Assembly: GCA_048013815.1 (NCBI GenBank)
Contig: CM106585.1
Location: 5,580,001-5,644,000, forward strand
From: Setoptus koraiensis
Lineage: Eukaryota > Animalia > Arthropoda
Direction of reading: 5' to 3'
DNA length: 64,000 nucleotides
In this document: positions 57,501 through 64,000 of the stretch, piece by piece
Layout: each line of letters begins with the position of its first letter
How positions within the stretch are numbered: position 1 is the first letter of the stretch
Notes under the pieces: generated by a model
What the model was told of the DNA's origin: nothing
What the model saw: the letters and a program-made list of their open reading frames with translations, nothing else
The model's database searches: none
Program-made: the position numbers and the translations under genes

Positions 57501-59357
57501 ATGATTTAACCATTGATGTGTCAGAGTATCGCTCACCCGGTCAAAATTTTGCATTTGTTGATTGAAATTGATATGCGTGATCTGACCAGAGCTCGATAAA
57601 GAAGCTAAATCTTTATTGACACCATAGATGCCAACGAAAGTTCCTGGCTGTCCATGAACAGTGAATTCGAGACTTTCACCATGCTTGTCCTTGCGGTCAT
57701 TGACGCTAACCGTAAAATTGTGCAAGGAAGTTCCGTCCACATGAAACCTCAGAGCATCTGTTATAACTTCATTACCATTAGCGATATCGTATATAAGCAT
57801 AGTTGACGAAGGTGCCATCTCAGCTGATACTGGCACGGCAAACGTGTGCAAAGATGATGACACTTGTTCCCTTCCTGTTGTCAATATTATTCCCTTAGAT
57901 ATAATGATATAAGATAGAGTAGCTAAAGGATAGTTAGCTCTTGCGTGGAATACTACGTATTCGCCAACTTTGGCATTAAATGTGCTCGTTGAGATTTGAA
58001 GAGATCTTGGGTTAGAAGCATATACTGGATAAAGCCTAATCTTGGTTGAAGCCCTAAGTGATGTTCTGTCGTTAAATTCTGCAGATAAAATAAGATAATC
58101 ATATTCAAAGTTTTGCCTCCGGGCAACATTCGATCTGAGATCTATAGATACGGTCCATATTCCGGGTACTTGTGAGATTATTTCATGAGTTCTATTGGGT
58201 AGAATTTCAGGAATCCCAGAACCTGTTTTAGAGACACCAAGTAATCTTATATCAAGTATATTCAGTCGATCCCCGAGAAGACTAGCAGGCACAGTTGATC
58301 CGTCTTGATATGATACAGCAAGGTACATTTGGAATGGCATTTGAGGTTTATACACATGAACAGAGGGCCCGACAAACTTTAACCTGATCCTTGACGATAG
58401 TATGTGGGCGACGGCATGACCCATCTGGAATGAGTCAATATATCTTTCCCTAAGATGGGCAGTGACTGTAACTCTGGAACCGGCGACAAGATTTTTCAAC
58501 GAATTCGTCTCAAATCTGAACTGATCATACCCATGAAAGTCAGGATCAAATTGAAGCTGCGAGTCAGGTTTAGTGTTTGGGTGATCCACAGTCACTGTGA
58601 TTGTTAAATTTCCAATAACTGGTGCACCATTAGTAAAATTGGCGGTGATGGATCCTGAAATGTACTTGTCAGTTTCAAGAAAACTCGAGGGCATCGAGAC
58701 GTTAACCTCGAACTGTTGAGGATAATAAAATTCCACAAGAAAGTGACCATCCTGAATTTGTCCTTGCGCCGAGACTCTAATAGTCCAATTACCTATAGTG
58801 GGTTGATCAGAGAGGGGGTATTCTATGCTAACAGAGCCCAGATTGGTTTGTTTTGATAGCCATCTTCTTACAACTAGGCCATTTGGGTCAAGCATGTAAA
58901 CGTCTAACGCATCTGAGAATGGCTTCAAATCTGTGGTAATTGGCACTACGCGAAATCTGACAGTTTGTCCTTGTTTATAAATAGGTTTATCTGTTTGTAC
59001 AAATATTGTCATGGATCTTTGGCTGAATTCTAGGCTAGTCTCATTGGAGAATATAGTTGCACCTAGCTCATTTGTTCCTATCACTTTTAATTTATAGGAA
59101 CCTTCAAGTGCTTGGGCCGGCACGGACATCATGATTGTTTCTGGCACACCGACAGAGCAGGCCTGCTCCGCATTAGCAATGTCAACACCATCTTTTAGAA
59201 TGCTGGCGTATGTTTGAATGGTGCTGGGAGAATAGTTTGTGACCGATAATTGATAGATGTGACCAGGCCTCAAAATCTTGGAGGCAAAAACTAGGAACGT
59301 TACTCCAAAAACACGTGCCGTATCTGTAGCGATCGCATCAAAGGGTAATAATAGCAT
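54503..59357 (-). CDS. Mcr: Macroglobulin complement-related (Mcr/TEP6-like) protein, >=1556 aa; exons 59357-54999, 54901-54793 and 54705-54503; true 5' end/signal peptide unresolved
   Basis: TIFVQTDKPIYKQGQTVRFR; internal LDLa (CPNGMTACLSTSVC...CNGKDDCGDNSDESAC); WLWKDVNIGPNG; thioester site replaced by DGAEQN; RWFPVANMTRYLPIRVYEYYEPE; ICHVCGSYQCPYCPIY followed by a hydrophobic tail. Confidence 0.92.
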
Positions 59358-62300
59358 ATTGATGATAACAATATATTAACGTTGTTTATCTAAGATGCAA
59401 AGTTGCCTGATATTGCTGGTATATATTGTGGGTATAATTGCGTGCGTGTGTTGTGTTCTCAATGTAAACAAACAACAGGTTCTTCGTTTCTAAATACAGT
59501 AACTATGATAATAGAAATGGTGATATTGTTTCCTCTTGTATTGTTGCAACAGTATTATTAAGTAGTTGTGTTAATAGTTGTAATGTTGTTTAGGCGAGAC
59601 GCCTTTCGTCTCGATTTGAAATGTTGAGATTGCAATAGATTCAAAGGTATAAAAAAATGTGTGATGGGTTGCTTCAATCGACCATGGTGGTAGTGCTCGG
59701 ATTAATTATGCTCCTCGGTATTACATAATTATTGTTGAATGTTGTTCTCGAGAGATTTGTGAGTTTCACAAGATATTGGTATTAATAATAATAATAATAG
59801 TGATGGCTCGATTGAGACGGTCATGATATAAGCGATGCTGGGCGCGCCCAAGATGATGTTATCAAATGTGTAACTATTGTCCAGTGGAAAACTGGCACTA
59901 CTGTCCTGCTGGTGATGGGATTGCCTAGCAACATGAGAGGTTGCATGAGTGGACCACAAAATGACGTTACCTTTGTGTAATGTGTGTTCTTCTTTTTTGT
60001 CTGTGTGTCTGTTATTTATTATGCGATCAAAATGGAAATATAATTGGCCAACTGTAGTCCGGTGAGTTTCTGTACGATTACCTTAGGCTTGCTACGAGCA
60101 CGTGTTGCTTGATAATAAAATCACATTCGTATTTCGGTCGGATAAAATCACTCCGTGAGTTCAATCTTCTAGTGCGTACAACTACGTACTGTGATTGGCG
60201 TCGTGTAACTTGTTGTCTTATATTGGCGTCGTTGTTTCGTGTGTCAGGCGATCAGAAGGTAACATCATCAGTATTATCATTATTGTATTTATTATTCATA
60301 ATGTGGCGCAACTGAATCTATTGGGCTGGCTGTTAAATTGCGTTTACTGTTGCTTGCTGTATGGTCTCGTGTAACATTATGGAAATAAATAAATTTAAAA
60401 CAAAGAAAATAAAAAGAGAAACATGTTGGTCAACAATGAATCGAATGGAATCAAGTTCGACACCCGGTCGCACATTCGATCATGCGATGAGGTAATTGTT
60501 CGATTGTTGCCTCACACATGCGCTCGTTATAGGTCGCCAGTGTGTGTCGCCTAAACAGGCTATGTCAATACATTTCGTCGAATAAATGTGATGATAATTC
60601 TCTAAAGATGATGATGATGATGATGATGATGAAGAGGGCGAGACGCGTAAATTGGCAAATATTTGCTCTAGCTAATCTTGTGTGTGTGAGTGTGCTTCAG
60701 CGGCACTGCCAGTAGTCTTTATATAATTGCAATCGTCATTCGTACCTTTCACTCTGCAAAATAGTTTCTGCTTTTCTGTCCGTCCGTCGGTCTGTCTGTC
60801 TATTTGTACGCCTATGTGTGTATGTTGTGTGTGTTTGTGTGTTCGTATATGTGCAAGGATCGGTGATGCACACACAATGCCCGAAGAACTTATTCACAGC
60901 CATTCGTTTCAACTGGTGGTTGCATGATGCTGCACTCTGCCGCAACTGTAGTTGCTTTGGGTGTGCTCACCTTGCAACATTCACAGTGCTCTTCGCCGCT
61001 TTTACTAAACACTATGCACTCCTGTGAGCTAGAGGTGTCAATATTAAAGCTGGCCGATGACCGTTTCGCCATTTGAAGAGATCTCGTTTTTTCGACAATT
61101 GCCAATGCCAAGTCACTTGCAAGGCCTCTCTGCATTGCCAATACATCGCATGCATTTGAAACGCTCGTCAAGAAATAATTCAAAATGAATCAACCTCCTT
61201 GTTCAAACCTATTCTCTCATAGCGACAACAACACCAACAAAGACAATTCTAAGCCATTTAATCGCTGGAACAACAATGGCAGCAAAAAGTAAAATGCTAA
61301 TTAAGCTTCTGTATCATATCCTGTTAAGCCATTGTTTGTTTGTTTGTTTGCTTGCTTGCTTGTTTGCTTGTTGCACTACCAATAACAGTAGTCACCAATA
61401 CAAAAGTAGATGAAGCTCGCTCTATTATTATCAAGAAATATGATGATGATTGTTTATTTGTGATTTAATCCAACAATACGTATCGGTAGCACGGGGACAT
61501 GTAACAATAACCTGTTAAATTCATCACCATTTTCCATAATAGTGATGCTAGCGAAACTTTCGCGCGATCAAAAAGGTTAACGCTCAAGTCCCGACTATAC
61601 AGTAGATCGTTTGAGGTAAGCAATGAGTGAAAATCACACACCAACAAGTGTTACCAGATTATAATGTTAGCGCGTGTAGATCGACTCACCCGAACGCTAC
61701 TCAACATCACTTGAATGTTTTCTCTACAAAAAAGCTGTTCCAGAGCCTAGAGAAACCTTCTGTCGTTGCCCAGAAAACAGGTGCTTGTTGTCTGTCTATC
61801 TGTCTTCTTCCTTTCGCCCAGCAAGCGATAAAGAAGCGAATGAAGAGAACTTCCTCGTAAATAACGCGCCTATGACTCATTCGTGTCAGTTCTCTTCTAA
61901 CGTACACTGTATACTGTTTTGCGTGACCATCGCACCAGTTCTGATAATCTATGAATACTTTGGCATTACACACTAGTTAGAATGTGAACCACTCATCTTG
62001 ATCTTTTCATTTACACTTTGCCATGAGTGGTCTATCTCATCTAAAGATTCTCCGCTGCTTTAAATTCTCTAGTTTAACAACCGAGATAGTCTCAAGACTA
62101 AAACAGAGAGAAAATTCACATTGCTCACTCAGAGACTTGGTTTTTTCTATGGCATAGACTCTCGAATCCAATTGAATGACTAACCAAAGGCAAACAACCA
62201 CTTCGTTCGTTTGCTGCACCACGAATCACCACCTGCTCCTTATGTGAGTCTTTCTCACTGAAGATACGGTGTTGCCGCAGGTGATCATGATTCTGCAAAT

Positions 62301-63078
62301 AGAAACAAATTGGTGCTTGATGCTTGTTAATCATGATGCAGTTTCACCTGCATCAGTGTCTACCAATATAACATTAATAATATGATACCGACTACCACAT
62401 GCGATTCAAGGGGAAGCCATGCAACTTGTCGACGAATTCGTGCAAGGTTCTTAGAGACCAATTAAACAGATACCTAAGAGGGTGTGTGTATGTCTGTCTG
62501 TTGGCTGTAAATCTCACTAGTGGTGGTTACATAATTAAAAGAGCCAAGTTATTTATATGAGATATTTGTTTAAAAAATAAACAGGGGATAATATTACACC
62601 ACTTGCTATGACATAATAGATTTAACGAGAACCACATTATGCTTAAAGATCGCAAAAGCGCATATTAAACAATAACTCAAGCCTATGATTCATAGTGGTG
62701 CACCATAGATTACCAACAGTTTAGTTTTAATTTCATGGTTTTTTTTTTGGATTACGATATTGTTGCAGCATTACTAACCACGTTTTTAATGCGATATTTA
62801 ACAAGAAAACTGGCGCTAATTCAACTCGACCGGTTCGTATTACAGTATATTTTACTAGTTTGGCAAAAGTATATAACAAGTCACGGGGAGAACGATGTGA
62901 CAGTGGTGGAACCTGGACTACAGTGGCCGGCTGATCGGTTGATCAATGTCATTTTTTATGAGCGATCACAAAAACTAACCTGAGAATCTATTGCAATAAG
63001 TGGTTAGCATTTTCATAATCCACAGACTTGTGACATATGAGGGGAAAGTTTTTTCAACTCTTAGTCTTTATTTGAATA

Positions 63079-64000
63079 TTAGGACTTGTTTTCAATCTTT
63101 TCTGATTGCTCCGTATCATGATTGTCTTTGGACGGATCAACGAGTTCTCTGGTTGGTCGGTTGATCCTAAACACAACACTTATCTCTTTCAGTTTAGAAT
63201 TTCGTTCTTGCATCAAACGGAGCCAAGAAAGTAGTGAATCATGACTAGATGTTCCAGTAACACCGATGGCTAGTACGTTTCCATCCTCGACATTGTGCGT
63301 ATCATATAGTTCCTCTTGCCTCTCCTTGATAGATTTACCATAAAATTGCATAGGCATACTCTCATAATCCTGTTCCGGTTCCTCATATCTGGGCTTCACT
63401 TTAGGAGTATCATGGTACTGTTTGAGAACGTAGTATATAATGGATTTGTCTCTGATGTAGGCTTTGCCTCCCTCCTCAATATAGAGCAAATCTTTGCTAT
63501 CTAGTCTGTTGATCATATCCTGCTGAATGTCACTCTGTGCAGATATAATCCATGTCTTGTCGATGGCTGTCGGTACTCTCGATGCGTTCCAAACAGACAA
63601 AATTGTCTTTTTATCAACGCACATTCGCGCTAATGCTAGCTTGGTTAATTCCACGGGATCATCGGGTGCAACCTCAGGTATGGGCCATGGATTTTTATTT
63701 CTGAATTTCATAGACCAAAAATTCATTCGTACGGACTTTAGCCAAACATCGCTGTATGTACTGAATCTTTCGGCAATTAATCTCTCCACCTCTTTATCTG
63801 GCCAAACTTGGTGCCTTTCCATCTGGTACAATATCTGTAGAACACAAACTTGTTGTTTGGGAGCGAACATTGTTATTCGTGAATAGGCATTCAATGGATG
63901 ATATTGATCGGTAGGGAAGACCTTGATGAGTTCTTTGTATGTTGCAAGGTCTTTGTGAAGTCCGAGCTCCTCGAGTCTATCGAGTGCATCATAGATGAAA
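63079..64000 (-). CDS. ECSIT: ECSIT (Toll-pathway intermediate / complex I assembly factor), 5' end outside window
   Basis: The frame is open to the window edge: FIYDALDRLEELGLHKDLATYKELIKVFP, PKQQVCVLQILYQME, KNPWPIPEVAPDDPVEL, EDGNVLAIGVTG, WLRLMQERNSKLKEISVVFRI. Confidence 0.92.
   Translation of the reverse strand, partial: FIYDALDRLEELGLHKDLATYKELIKVFPTDQYHPLNAYSRITMFAPKQQVCVLQILYQMERHQVWPDKEVERLIAERFSTYSDVWLKSVRMNFWSMKFRNKNPWPIPEVAPDDPVELTKLALARMCVDKKTILSVWNASRVPTAIDKTWIISAQSDIQQDMINRLDSKDLLYIEEGGKAYIRDKSIIYYVLKQYHDTPKVKPRYEEPEQDYESMPMQFYGKSIKERQEELYDTHNVEDGNVLAIGVTGTSSHDSLLSWLRLMQERNSKLKEISVVFRINRPTRELVDPSKDNHDTEQSEKIENKS

Noticed and set aside
59920-59932. ATTGCCTAGCAAC as an RFX X-box upstream of Mcr
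   Set aside because: A single imperfect match in several kb of AT-rich DNA; not distinguishable from chance without conservation data.

Overview
Eukaryotic (arthropod) genomic DNA. By inference it is from a genome-reduced mite (eriophyoid-like): large conserved genes are intronless or nearly so, most introns are about 85-170 bp, several core proteins are strongly shortened, and intergenic DNA is rich in CAA/TTG microsatellites. I made all identifications by eye from remembered family motifs; no database search was run. Recognisable genes in order: an orphan secreted/type-I membrane protein with a stop at codon 3, plus a duplicated TM tail; a half-length GCN1; an 8-exon Frizzled-CRD + 4xLDLa protein with no protease domain; pantothenate kinase; a miniaturised TFIP11; CABIN1; ALDH3; MRPS33; two NIFK/Nop15 paralogues; a MOSPD2-like CRAL-TRIO protein; an amidase-type PGRP; Mcr (TEP6-like); and ECSIT (5' end outside the window). 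The most striking structure is 32.4-49.8 kb: a tandem segmental duplication with reciprocal gene loss, microhomology-bounded indels, and a separate circularly permuted, in-frame CABIN1 chimera. The antisense strand of that chimera lies where the MRPS33 3' UTR must be. Several microsatellite-free islands (0.1-0.45, 2.8-4.3, 30.1-30.75, 49.9-51.8 kb) look like decayed orphan coding sequence I cannot identify. I found no rRNA, tRNA, CRISPR array or intact transposon.
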